Shown: positions 5,456-14,024, counted from the first letter of the stretch. The stretch: 32,000 nt of DNA from Gemmata obscuriglobus (GCF_008065095.1 NZ_CP042911.1:4440001-4472000), one strand, 5' to 3'. The notes: a model not told the origin generated them from the letters alone. Made by a program: numbers and translations.

Positions 5456-7798
5456 ATGAACTGGTTTCGTGACCGCGCCTTAACAACCAAGTTGCTCTTG
5501 GGGTTCGCTATCGTCTGTGTGACCGTCGCGGCCAGCGGCGGGATCGCCTACCGCGGCTTGGCGAGTTCACGGGAGGGGATGCGCGTGCTGTACGCGGACT
5601 ACACGGTCGCGGGCACCGACCTCGCCAAAGCGGCGGTTAACCTAGCCCGGTACCGAAACAACATGGTCGCGGCTGCGGCCGCCAGGGACGAGGCCCGGCT
5701 GGACCAGGCGCTCGCGCCCCAGGCCGCGATCCGCGAGTCAGTTACGGGCGGCCTCGACGCGTACGCCGCGACCGTGCTACGCGTGTCCCGGAGCGGGCGG
5801 GACGAGCGGAAGGACCTGGAGAAGGTGCGCGCCGCGGTACGCGAGTACTTCGCGGCCGCCGACGAGACCACCCGCGCGGCCCAGGCGCTGGTCCGGGCGG
5901 GCACCGACGCCGAGCGGGCCGAGTGCCGCCGCGAGGTGGACCGGAGGGTGCAGCAAGCCGGGCTGAAGTTCGACCCGGCCGCGGCAAGCATCGACGAGCT
6001 GGTCAAGACGGTGACCGAGGTGGCCAGCGACGTCAACAGCTCGGGCAACGAGAGCGCCCAAGCGGCCCAGAGCACACTGGTCGGGGGCACCGTGGGCGCC
6101 GCCGCACTCAGCATGCTCATCGGGCTGGGGCTCGCGCGCATGATCACCGGGCCGCTCGGGCGCACGGTCGCCGCGCTCGAGTCCGTCGCGCGCGGGGAGT
6201 TGGACACGCGGGTGGAGGTGAACTCGAGCGACGAGGTGGGGCGCCTGGCGTCGGCCCTGAACACCACCGTCGGGGGCATCCGCACCGCTCTCGGACAGGA
6301 CCGCGTGGACTGGGCCGCGGTGGGCAAGCAGCGTGAGCAGAACAATGACTACGTGGGGCAACTCGTCGCGGTCGGCCGGGTGCAGGCGGTGATCGAGTTC
6401 AACCTCGACGGCACGATCCGGACGGCCAACGAGAACTTCCTGACCACCGCGGGCTACCGGCTGGACGAGATCCAAGGGCGGCACCACCGGATGTTCGTCG
6501 ACCCGGGCCAGGCGGGCGGCAGCGAGTACCGCGAGTTCTGGGCGAAGCTGAACCGCGGGGAGCCCGTTTGTAGCGACTTCGAGCGGGTCGGCAGGGGCGG
6601 CAAAAGGGTGTGGCTCCTGGCCTCGTACAACCCGATCCTCGACCCCGCCACCGGCAAGCCTTACAAGGTCGTCAAGTTCGCAACCGACATCACCGCGCAG
6701 CGGGCGATGGAGGAGCGCGTGCGGGCCGCGGCGGCCGAACTGCAGCACAAGGTGGAGGCCATCCAGAAGACCATTCAGGCCCTGGCGGCGGGCGACTTCA
6801 CCGCCACGGTGCCGGACCTGGGCACCGACAACGTCGGGATGATGGCGCGGTCCCTGAACGAGGCGGTGCTCAGCGTGCGGACCGCGATGGAGGGGGTGCG
6901 GGCGGTTTCCGAGCAGCTGGCCGACGCGTCCGGTCAACTGTCCGCCGCGAGCGAGGAGATCTCGTCGGGCGCCCAGGAGCAGGCCAGCAGCCTGGAGGAA
7001 ACGGCGTCCGCGCTGGAGGAGATCACCGCGACCGTCCGACGGAGTTCGGACAGTGCCCAGCAGGCGCGTCAGCTGGCCGGCGGGTCCAAGGAGGTGGCCG
7101 AGAAGGGCGGCCAGGTGGTGAGCGGGGCCATCGGCGCGATGAGCGAGATCAACGGGTCGTCGAAGAAGATCGCGGAGATCATCACAACGATCGACGAGAT
7201 CGCGTTCCAGACCAACCTCTTGGCCCTGAACGCGGCGGTCGAGGCGGCCCGTGCGGGCGAGCAGGGGCGCGGGTTCGCGGTGGTGGCCACCGAGGTCCGC
7301 AACCTGGCTCAGCGGTCCGCCACCGCCGCCAAGGAGATCAAGAGCCTGATCCAGGACTCGGTGAAGAAGGTGGACGCCGGCACCGATCTGGTGAACAAGT
7401 CCGGCGACACGCTGACCGAGATCGTGACCAGCGTCAAGCGGGTGACGGACATGGTCACCGAAATCGCCGCCGCCAGCAAGGAGCAGTCGATCGGCATCGA
7501 GCAGGTGAACAAGGCGGTGGCCCAGATGGACAGCGCCACCCAGCGGAACGCCGGCCAGACCGAAGAGATGAACGCCACCGCGCAGGCCCTGACGGACCAG
7601 GCCAGACAGCTCCGCGATCTGGTCGGCCGGTTCAACCTGGGCAGTGACGGGCACGCCCCGGCGGCCCGGCCGGCGAAGCGGGCGGCCGGGCCGAAGCCGC
7701 GGCCGGCGGTGGCCAAGGCGCTCAAGCGGAGCAACAACGGGAACGGAGGCGGACACGAGCTAGACGCCATGGGCGGCGCCGGATTCAGCGAGTTCTAG
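5456..7798 (+). CDS. methyl-accepting chemotaxis protein (periplasmic helical sensor, HAMP, PAS, signalling domain)
   Basis: The track ORF was trimmed to the ATG at 5456 ([28 protein letters not shown]1). TM2 is [17 protein letters not shown]. The HAMP segment contains [11 protein letters not shown]. The PAS segment runs [18 protein letters not shown]...[10 protein letters not shown]. The MCP core is [42 protein letters not shown]. Confidence 0.95.
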   Translation: MNWFRDRALTTKLLLGFAIVCVTVAASGGIAYRGLASSREGMRVLYADYTVAGTDLAKAAVNLARYRNNMVAAAAARDEARLDQALAPQAAIRESVTGGLDAYAATVLRVSRSGRDERKDLEKVRAAVREYFAAADETTRAAQALVRAGTDAERAECRREVDRRVQQAGLKFDPAAASIDELVKTVTEVASDVNSSGNESAQAAQSTLVGGTVGAAALSMLIGLGLARMITGPLGRTVAALESVARGELDTRVEVNSSDEVGRLASALNTTVGGIRTALGQDRVDWAAVGKQREQNNDYVGQLVAVGRVQAVIEFNLDGTIRTANENFLTTAGYRLDEIQGRHHRMFVDPGQAGGSEYREFWAKLNRGEPVCSDFERVGRGGKRVWLLASYNPILDPATGKPYKVVKFATDITAQRAMEERVRAAAAELQHKVEAIQKTIQALAAGDFTATVPDLGTDNVGMMARSLNEAVLSVRTAMEGVRAVSEQLADASGQLSAASEEISSGAQEQASSLEETASALEEITATVRRSSDSAQQARQLAGGSKEVAEKGGQVVSGAIGAMSEINGSSKKIAEIITTIDEIAFQTNLLALNAAVEAARAGEQGRGFAVVATEVRNLAQRSATAAKEIKSLIQDSVKKVDAGTDLVNKSGDTLTEIVTSVKRVTDMVTEIAAASKEQSIGIEQVNKAVAQMDSATQRNAGQTEEMNATAQALTDQARQLRDLVGRFNLGSDGHAPAARPAKRAAGPKPRPAVAKALKRSNNGNGGGHELDAMGGAGFSEF

Positions 7799-7935
7799 TT
7801 GCGCGTGTTCGGCGGCGACTCGAGTTCCGGCCCGGCAGTGGCGATTCCCGGGCAACTGGGCGGGCCTTATTGTGGGGCTTGAAGACAGCAGCCGGTGACT
7901 CAAGTCGCAGTTACAGAGGCGACTACCGCGTGCGC

Positions 7936-8178
7936 TCATGTGCCCTCGTCGGCATCGTCGTCGGCGGTGTTACTTTTCGTGGGCGCCTTCGCGTCATCCT
8001 CTCGCTTGGCGCGCCTCTCCCGCCGGTTCGTCTTCGGCCCCGGCTCACTCAGCGGGGCGGCAGTCCTACCCGACTCGTCTTGCCCCGGCTCATCGTCCGC
8101 TGCCTCCGGCTCGGATCGATTCCCGATAGGGTTGCTCGTATTCATAACCGACCTCTCTACATGAACGGGCGAGGCCAT
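7936..8178 (-). CDS. possible small highly charged, low-complexity protein
   Basis: The frame is G/C3-rich. An internal ATG at 8145 has GAGAGG 7 nt upstream and may be the true start. The sequence is low-complexity (EPEAADDEPGQDE...RRERRAKREDD), so support is weak. Confidence 0.35.
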   Translation of the reverse strand: MASPVHVERSVMNTSNPIGNRSEPEAADDEPGQDESGRTAAPLSEPGPKTNRRERRAKREDDAKAPTKSNTADDDADEGT

Positions 8179-8625
8179 CTAAGCTCGCAATGCGTGTACC
8201 GAGCGGGTGTCGGGGCCTGACGGGAGAACACGCGAATGCCGCCGACGGCACCTGCTGTGAGGGGATGAAGGAGACAGGCGTCAGGAAAGCCGGCTGGTTC
8301 GCACCTTGTGCCCGGCCGGTCGGGCAGAGGCCGGCACCGCGCCCGCTAAGTAGCGGGCCATCGCACCGGCAGACGCGGTCGCGGGAGGCCCCCGCCGGGT
8401 ACTCACGCCTGCCCCCATGACAGCGGCCGCACATCTCAACAGGGAGTCGCGACCGGGGAGACGGGTGGATGTGGCGATGGTGTTTGTGCAGCGAACCTTA
8501 AGGGGGCGATTCTTCAGCCGGCTATCGCCGTCGATTAAACACGGCTTAGGGCTTGCCTCACACTTTCATGATGCGCACAATGGTTCACTGTGTTCTTATG
8601 AACAGTAAGTCCAGACCATGCCCGT

Positions 8626-9144
8626 ATGTTTCGACACCGCGCAACACTCGCGTGGGTGATGTTGGCACGCTCCGGTGCCCCCGCCTACGTCGCAATTGAC
8701 TGGTACATGGAAGTAATGCCCGCTCCGGACCGCTACCACGCCGCCGCCGCAATTATCAGTTCTGCGGCCCGCTGGCTGCGCAGCACAATACCCCGCCCGA
8801 TGCCGCTCGACGAGATGCCCAAGTGCCGGTCGTGGGCGACACGTTTCAGCAACCAGGTCGAAGACTGGGCGATACTCACCGCAGAAGAAACCCTGTGGTC
8901 GATCAAGGCGCTCGTTCACACCATTCTGACGGCCGGAGATCAGCAGTACCAAGTGCTGACGCCGGCGGCCCGCCGGTGGAACCTTTGGCTCCCCCGCGCG
9001 GATCTGCTCATCAATTCGGCGCGCGAACTGGACCACTGGCGAGAGCTGCCCCGGTTGCCAAAGGAAGAGGTGAAGCCGAAGAGGGGCCGGAAGCGGTTGA
9101 AGGCGGGGAAGGAGACCCAGTCGTTGTTCTCAATGGTGGCATAA
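8626..9144 (+). CDS. hypothetical Trp-rich protein (172 aa), ORFan
   Basis: This frame has clearly better third-position G/C bias than the overlapping minus ORF 8596-9036. The tail is basic (KPKRGRKRLKAGK). The stop codon sits inside a 13-bp inverted repeat. No family recognised. Confidence 0.55.
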   Translation: MFRHRATLAWVMLARSGAPAYVAIDWYMEVMPAPDRYHAAAAIISSAARWLRSTIPRPMPLDEMPKCRSWATRFSNQVEDWAILTAEETLWSIKALVHTILTAGDQQYQVLTPAARRWNLWLPRADLLINSARELDHWRELPRLPKEEVKPKRGRKRLKAGKETQSLFSMVA

Positions 9145-9172
9145 GGTGGCCACTCTATCGCCACCTTATGCC
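9138..9172. repeat. 13-bp perfect inverted repeat (GGCATAAGGTGGC-N9-GCCACCTTATGCC)
   Basis: Arms are at 9138-9150 and 9160-9172. It embeds the TAA stop of the 172-aa gene. No T-run follows on the plus strand. Confidence 0.8.
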
Positions 9173-9201
9173 GCGAAGAATGGCGAAGAATCGCGAAGTT
9201 T
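9173..9201 (+). repeat. three tandem 10-bp-phased repeats GCGAAGAAT / GCGAAGAAT / GCGAAGTTT
   Basis: Copies start at 9173, 9183 and 9193. There is an inverted partial copy ATTCGCG at 9207-9213 and a further GCGAAAT at 9240-9246. The region is locally A+T-rich. Confidence 0.75.
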
Positions 9202-9254
9202 CATGTATTCGCGTGTCCACTTTTGCAGCGTAGAAAGACGCGAAATCACTGGGG

Positions 9255-9292
9255 AAAACAAAAAAATCCCGGCGGACCTTCCGCCGGGATTT
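9255..9292 (-). terminator. rho-independent terminator (strong on the minus strand, downstream of aspS)
   Basis: Minus-strand read: AAATCCCGGCGG aaggt CCGCCGGGATTTTTTTGTTTT. The same hairpin could also stop plus-strand transcription from the 172-aa gene. Confidence 0.75.
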
Positions 9293-9507
9293 CACTCTGG
9301 GGAAGAGTGGTGCCTGTGAGCGGAAGTCGTAGCGGTTATCCGCTCCGAGCTCCGTTCAGACGATGGAATGCGCGAACAGATAGAACTTGCGAAGGGTGGC
9401 TGAGCTTTTGGCGGGATGCACAGGATCGGCCGCGGTGAAGACACGCATGTGCCGACCTTCGATCCGGTTGATCCGTTCATCCCGCCAAACATCTTCACCT
9501 TCTGAAC

Positions 9508-11400
9508 TTACGACAGCTTTACGCCGAGTTCTTTAAGCTGCCGGGCGTCGACCGCCGCCGGCGCTCCGGTCATGAGGTCGCGGGCTTTCTGGTTCTTCGG
9601 GAACGCGATCACGTCGCGGATGTTCGTCGTGCCGGCGATCACCATTGCCCAGCGGTCGAGGCCGAGCGCGATGCCGCCGTGTGGCGGGGCACCGCTCTTC
9701 AGCGCGTCCAGCAAGAACCCGAAGCGACCTTGAGCGTCTTCGGGCGTCATGCCGAAAATCTCGAACACGCGGCTCTGGACATCTTGGCGGTGGATACGGA
9801 TCGAGCCGCCGCCCACTTCGTACCCGTTCAGCACCATGTCGTAAGCTTTTGCGCGGACCTTCCCAAGGCTCTCGTTCTGCCAGAAGTTCGGCAGGTCCTC
9901 ATCCATCGGTGCGGTGAACGGGTGGTGCATCGCGTCCCAGCGGTTCTCTTCCTCGTTCCAGGTGAACATCGGGAAGTCGAGCACCCAGGCGAAGTTGAAA
10001 TGCTCGGCCCGCGGCTGGAATGGAACCGGGACGTACACCTCTTTCTTCTTCTTGGCCGCGTCGGCCTTATCTTTCTCGGCCTTCTCGTGCTCCGCCTTCT
10101 CGTCCCACCAGTTCTTGTACAGTTTGAGCTTGGTCGCCAAGTGAATCCGGAGCGCGCCGAGGGCGTCGCACACGACCGCTTCCTTGTCCGCGACGAATAG
10201 CAGCAGGTCGCCGTCGGCGGCGCTGAGGCGCTCCTTCAGTTTGGCCTTCAGCTCGTCGGAGAAGAACTTCTCGGTCGAGCCGGTGAACTTGCCGCCCTCG
10301 ACCTTCATCCACGCGAGGCCCTTGGCCTTGTAGGTCTCCGCAACCTTCGGCAACTCGCCGCCGGGCTTCAGCGCGGTGTTGCTGAACGCCGCGGCACCGC
10401 CTTTGGCGTTGATCGCCCGCACCACCCCGCCGCCGGCGACGGCATCTTTAAGGAACTGCGCCTCGCTGGCCCCGGCGATGTCGGTGATGTCCACGATCTC
10501 GAGACCGAACCGCAGGTCGGGCTTGTCGGAGCCGTACTTCGCCATCGCCTCCGCGTAGCCCAGGCGAGGGAAGGGGAGTGGGAGTTTCACGCCCAGACAC
10601 TTATCGAAGATGTCAGCGGCGAGCTTCTCCATGACGGAAAGCACGTCCTCGCGCTCGACGAACGACATTTCGACGTCGAGTTGCGTGAACTCGGGTTGCC
10701 GGTCGGCGCGCAGGTCCTCGTCGCGGAGGCAGCGGGCGATCTGGAAGTAGCGATCGTAGCCCGAAATCATCAGCAGTTGCTTGTACAACTGTGGCGATTG
10801 CGGCAGCGCGAAGAACTCGCCGTTGAACACGCGGCTGGGCACCAGGTAGTCGCGCGCCCCTTCGGGCGTACTCTTCCCGAGCAGAGGGGTTTCGACTTCA
10901 AGGAAGTGGTTCGCGTCCATGTAGTCGCGGATCACTTTGCACAGCCGGTGCCGCAGAACGAGCGTCTTTTGGAGGGTGCGGCGCCGCAGGTCGAGGTAGC
11001 GGTACTGGAGGCGCAGGTCCTCGTTAGCCAGTTCGGTGCCGAACTCGTCCACCTGGAACGGGAGGGGAGGGCACTCGTTGAGCACGCGGAGCGTCTTGGC
11101 TTCGAGTTCGATGGCGCCGGTGGCGATGTCGGCGCGAGCGGCGCCTTCGAGTCGCTTTTGCACGGTGCCGGTTACTGACAGCACCCATTCGGCTTTCAGC
11201 CGCTGCGCGCACGCGAACAGCTCGGCGTCGTCTGCCTTCCGGAACACCACCTGTGTCAGGCCGTAGCGGTCACGCAGGTCGATGAAGACTTGGTGCCCGT
11301 TGTCGCGCGCGGTCAGCACCCAGCCGTTAAGGGTCGCGGTGCTCCCGACGTGTTCTTCGCGGAGCTGGTCGCAGGTGTGTGTCCGCTGCCACTCGGCCAT
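9508..11400 (-). CDS. aspS: aspartate--tRNA ligase
   Basis: Full-length class II AspRS. The N-terminal OB region is TLNGWVLTARDNGHQVFIDLRDRYGLTQVVF. Motif 2 is FQIARCLRDEDLRADRQPEFTQLDVEMSF. Motif 3 is GGIALGLDRWAMV. Confidence 0.97.
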   Translation of the reverse strand: MAEWQRTHTCDQLREEHVGSTATLNGWVLTARDNGHQVFIDLRDRYGLTQVVFRKADDAELFACAQRLKAEWVLSVTGTVQKRLEGAARADIATGAIELEAKTLRVLNECPPLPFQVDEFGTELANEDLRLQYRYLDLRRRTLQKTLVLRHRLCKVIRDYMDANHFLEVETPLLGKSTPEGARDYLVPSRVFNGEFFALPQSPQLYKQLLMISGYDRYFQIARCLRDEDLRADRQPEFTQLDVEMSFVEREDVLSVMEKLAADIFDKCLGVKLPLPFPRLGYAEAMAKYGSDKPDLRFGLEIVDITDIAGASEAQFLKDAVAGGGVVRAINAKGGAAAFSNTALKPGGELPKVAETYKAKGLAWMKVEGGKFTGSTEKFFSDELKAKLKERLSAADGDLLLFVADKEAVVCDALGALRIHLATKLKLYKNWWDEKAEHEKAEKDKADAAKKKKEVYVPVPFQPRAEHFNFAWVLDFPMFTWNEEENRWDAMHHPFTAPMDEDLPNFWQNESLGKVRAKAYDMVLNGYEVGGGSIRIHRQDVQSRVFEIFGMTPEDAQGRFGFLLDALKSGAPPHGGIALGLDRWAMVIAGTTNIRDVIAFPKNQKARDLMTGAPAAVDARQLKELGVKLS

Positions 11401-11541
11401 GGCGTTCTCCCGGCAATGGTATCGACGTTGAGCGTCAGTATACGGACGCCGTCCGGGCTCGGGGGTTCGGCTTCCACCGGCCGGCCAGATAGCGGTATCA
11501 TCCGGCCGTTACAAACCTTCCGCGCGTGGGAACGGGGCGTC

Positions 11542-12219
11542 ATGCCGCTAGACGAAAAGGTGCTGGTGATTCCGACCGAGCGGTTTCGGGAGGCCGGGTA
11601 CTTCCACGGGCTCCGCCCCGCGGACGACGCGTACCGGTCTGCGATCCTCGACCCCGCTCGGTTCAGCTTCCGGGCTCGCGCCGAGGTGGAAACCGACCCC
11701 TCGTTCAAGCAGTTGATCCCGTACATCGTGCTCAAGTGCGGGGAGCACGTGTTCCACTACCGCCGCGGCGCCGCGGGAACCGAAAAGCGACTCGGGGCGT
11801 TGCGCTCGATCGGGATCGGTGGCCACATCAGCGAAGCCGACGCCGCCGGTGGGATCGATTCTTACCGAACGGGAATGCTGCGCGAGCTAACGGAAGAAGT
11901 CGAGTTGGGGTGCTCATACCGTGAGCGGTGCGTCGGGTTCATCAACGACGACCGCACGCCCGTTGGGAGCGTTCACCTGGGCGTCGTTCACGTGTTCGAG
12001 CTGGACATGCCGGTTAGCCGGGCGCGCGAAGAGGCGCTTGCCGAGAGCGGCTTCGCGCCACTCGCCGACCTGCTTCGCGAGCTTGAGGGGTTCGAGACAT
12101 GGTCACAGTTCGTGCTTGAGTGGTTGGGCCGTGAAGGGCTGGACTTTGCCGCCAGCTCACGGTTTGGGTCCGCGGCAAAGGAAGCAGGCCATGCACAACC
12201 CGACGACCAGTTTGTTTAG
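11542..12219 (+). CDS. Nudix-fold (MutT-like) phosphoesterase family protein
   Basis: The track ORF 11290-12219 was trimmed to the ATG at 11542, because the upstream part overlaps aspS. The Nudix-box-like segment is GIGGHISE...GMLRELTEEVEL. It resembles COG4112-type predicted phosphoesterases, from memory. Confidence 0.8.
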   Translation: MPLDEKVLVIPTERFREAGYFHGLRPADDAYRSAILDPARFSFRARAEVETDPSFKQLIPYIVLKCGEHVFHYRRGAAGTEKRLGALRSIGIGGHISEADAAGGIDSYRTGMLRELTEEVELGCSYRERCVGFINDDRTPVGSVHLGVVHVFELDMPVSRAREEALAESGFAPLADLLRELEGFETWSQFVLEWLGREGLDFAASSRFGSAAKEAGHAQPDDQFV

Positions 12220-12247
12220 TAGCCCCCGACCGATTTGTGCGGCTCAG

Positions 12248-12278
12248 GTCGCGCCTTGAAGGCGCGACGATTTTGTGT
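12248..12278 (+). terminator. rho-independent terminator after the Nudix-like gene
   Basis: GTCGCGCC ttgaa GGCGCGAC is followed by GATTTTGTGT. Confidence 0.7.
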
Positions 12279-12537
12279 CGCGACGTTGTTGGGACGGGTG
12301 AAACGAGGCCGGCAAAAACACCACGCCCACCTTGCCGACGTGCTAAGGGGCACGGCCCGCGACGACCAGACACGGTTTCGCACCGCAGAGCAGCAGACAC
12401 GTCACGTGCCGCACCAGAACCGGGCACCCGTTCGGTTCGTCGGCTGATATCATTGGGGGAGCCAAGCCCGCACCGAATTGGTGCGGCTCGTTCGCCAGAC
12501 CCGTGTGGTCCGAACTTTCAACAATACAGATCACGCC

Positions 12538-13011
12538 ATGGCCGGAACCGATGCCGACGAGTCTGTCGTTTTCACCGCCGAAAGCTCGTACGTTGCGGAA
12601 GCGGTAGTGAAGTTGCTCGCGGCCAACGACATTTCGGCCGAGGTCGCGGCGGGCGGCACCAAAACGACCTCTGACCCGCTAACCGGCGCGACCGGCCTGG
12701 CCGAAACCTACGAATATCCGGTCGTGGTGACCGACCCGGTGAAGCGTAAAGAGGCCATCGAACTGTTGGCGACCAAGCAAACGGCGGACGCGGTCAAGGC
12801 GATCCGCGACCGCCGTGCGAACCGCACGGGAACCGTCTCCGCGACGTGCGAGGATTGCGGGCGCTCGTCCGATTGGCCCGCACAAGCCCAGGGCACGACG
12901 GAGCTGTGCCCGCACTGCGGCGGCTACATGGACATTCTCGATCCGGACGACGACTGGTCCGGAATCGATTTCGGCGAGCCTGAAGATGAAACCGAAGAAG
13001 GGACCGAGTGA
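12538..13011 (+). CDS. DUF2007-like small domain protein with C-terminal CxxC...CxxC zinc ribbon and acidic tail
   Basis: ATG at 12538. VVFTAESSYVAEAVVKLLAANDISAEV resembles a putative signal-transducing (DUF2007) fold. CEDCGRSS...CPHCGG is the zinc ribbon. The stop overlaps the next start (TGATG). Confidence 0.75.
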   Translation: MAGTDADESVVFTAESSYVAEAVVKLLAANDISAEVAAGGTKTTSDPLTGATGLAETYEYPVVVTDPVKRKEAIELLATKQTADAVKAIRDRRANRTGTVSATCEDCGRSSDWPAQAQGTTELCPHCGGYMDILDPDDDWSGIDFGEPEDETEEGTE

Positions 13012-13985
13012 TGTCGTTCACGCTGGCACCGTTCACCGTCACGCCGCAGGAGGTCGGGTTCACGCTCGCGAAGGTGTTGCGTGCGCGGCTAGGGGGGCCG
13101 TCGTGGACCGACGTACGTAAGCTCATCGCCGCCCGGCGCGTCAAGGTCGGTGATTCCGTTTGCTCCGACGAGGCCCGCCGACTTAAGGAGGACGAGGTCG
13201 TGGTGCTGCTGGAGCACCCGAAACCGCTCCCGCGAGCGGCCCACCCCGAGCGATTGGTGGTGCGGCACCTCGACGAGCACGTGGTGGTTGTGGAGAAGCC
13301 CGCCGGCGTCAACACCGTTCGCCACCCGGCGGAACTGGAATGGTCCGAGGAGCGCCGCGAACTCGACCCGACACTGCAAGACCTGACGCAGTGGGCCGTC
13401 GGACGCCAGTTGAACCGTGACGCACGCGACCTCCCGCGGCTGCGGATCGTTCACCGGCTCGACAAGGAAACGAGCGGACTGGTGGTGTTCGCGCGGTCGG
13501 CGCTCGCGGAGCGCGAACTCGGGATGCAGTTCCGCAAGCACACGGTGGTGCGGCGGTACCTGACGGTGGTGCCGGGCATCCTCGGGACGCAAACCATCAA
13601 ATCGAACCTTGTGCCGGACCGCGGCGACGGCCGGCGCGGGAGTACGAAACTGCCCGGCGTGGGGAAGGAGGCCGTCACGCACGTCACGCCCGAGGAGCGG
13701 TTGCCGGGTTACACACTGCTCTCGTGCCGGCTCGAAACGGGCCGCACGCACCAGATCCGCATTCACCTCTCGGAAGCCGGGCACCCGGTGTGTGGCGACA
13801 AAGTGTACTGCAAGAAGGCAAACGGTGAAGTGTTCGACGACCGCAGCGGCGCGCCGCGTCTGGCCCTGCACGCGACCGAACTCGGGTTCGAGCACCCGGC
13901 GACCAGCGGGCACCTCCACTGGACAATGCCGCTCCCGCTGGACCTCGCGAAATTTGCCGACCGCCTACGCGGTCTTGGCTCATGA
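13011..13985 (+). CDS. RluA-family 23S rRNA pseudouridine synthase (S4 domain + catalytic domain)
   Basis: Catalytic motif HRLDKETSGLVVFA. The RTHQIRIHL motif is present. The N-terminal S4-like segment is LAKVLRARLGG...VRKLIAARRVKV. Confidence 0.93.
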   Translation: MSFTLAPFTVTPQEVGFTLAKVLRARLGGPSWTDVRKLIAARRVKVGDSVCSDEARRLKEDEVVVLLEHPKPLPRAAHPERLVVRHLDEHVVVVEKPAGVNTVRHPAELEWSEERRELDPTLQDLTQWAVGRQLNRDARDLPRLRIVHRLDKETSGLVVFARSALAERELGMQFRKHTVVRRYLTVVPGILGTQTIKSNLVPDRGDGRRGSTKLPGVGKEAVTHVTPEERLPGYTLLSCRLETGRTHQIRIHLSEAGHPVCGDKVYCKKANGEVFDDRSGAPRLALHATELGFEHPATSGHLHWTMPLPLDLAKFADRLRGLGS

Positions 13986-14024
13986 CGCGCGGTACACGTG
14001 ATCCCTGTCTCATGCCGCCCGCCG

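Noticed and set aside
5441-5456. GAGGTTCGATTCC resembles a tRNA T-arm/T-loop. It could be a tRNA gene or an att-site remnant at the edge of the putative mobile block.
   Set aside because: The flanks do not complete a T-stem: CGAGG versus CCGAT pairs at only 2 of 5 positions. I could build no acceptor, D or anticodon arms upstream. A short match could be chance. A partial att remnant cannot be fully excluded without the partner tRNA.
5777-7756. A 659-aa ORF antisense to the chemoreceptor gene, and similar long shadows: 2229-3155, 2780-3562, 3623-4717, 13089-13919, 14497-15555, 15291-16394, 21538-22581, 22940-23584, 24999-26075 and 30545-31324.
   Set aside because: They are opposite or out of frame to genes with clear family signatures. 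The products are Arg/Pro/Gly/Ala-rich low-complexity strings with no motifs. High-G+C DNA generates such stop-free shadow frames.
8270-8300. GTCAGGAAAGCCGGC resembles the GAGGAAAGTCCGGGC (P4) box of RNase P RNA and loosely resembles the SRP RNA core.
   Set aside because: None of the other universally conserved RNase P segments is present on either strand (the GGTAA/GTGAAA-type modules and the ACAGAACCCGGCTTA 3' box). The SRP AGCAGCC-type motifs are absent too.
8090-8608. ORFs 8090-8434 (-), 8190-8420 (+) and 8417-8608 (+) in the long gap.
   Set aside because: They overlap one another and have no SD. Their composition is Cys/Arg/Gly-rich or drifts into A/T-ending codons. I cannot support any of them as genes, although 8417-8608 directly upstream of the 172-aa gene remains a weak possibility.
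9173-9201. A possible CRISPR or other spacer-repeat array.
   Set aside because: The repeats are only 9-10 bp, directly abutting with no spacers, and number three. No cas genes are in the window. It is treated as a binding-site array instead.
9223-9498. Small ORFs 9223-9438 (+) and 9292-9498 (-) between aspS and the terminator.
   Set aside because: They have weak third-position bias, no SD and Ser/Arg/Pro-rich products. The region is better explained as structured non-coding RNA or 3' UTR.
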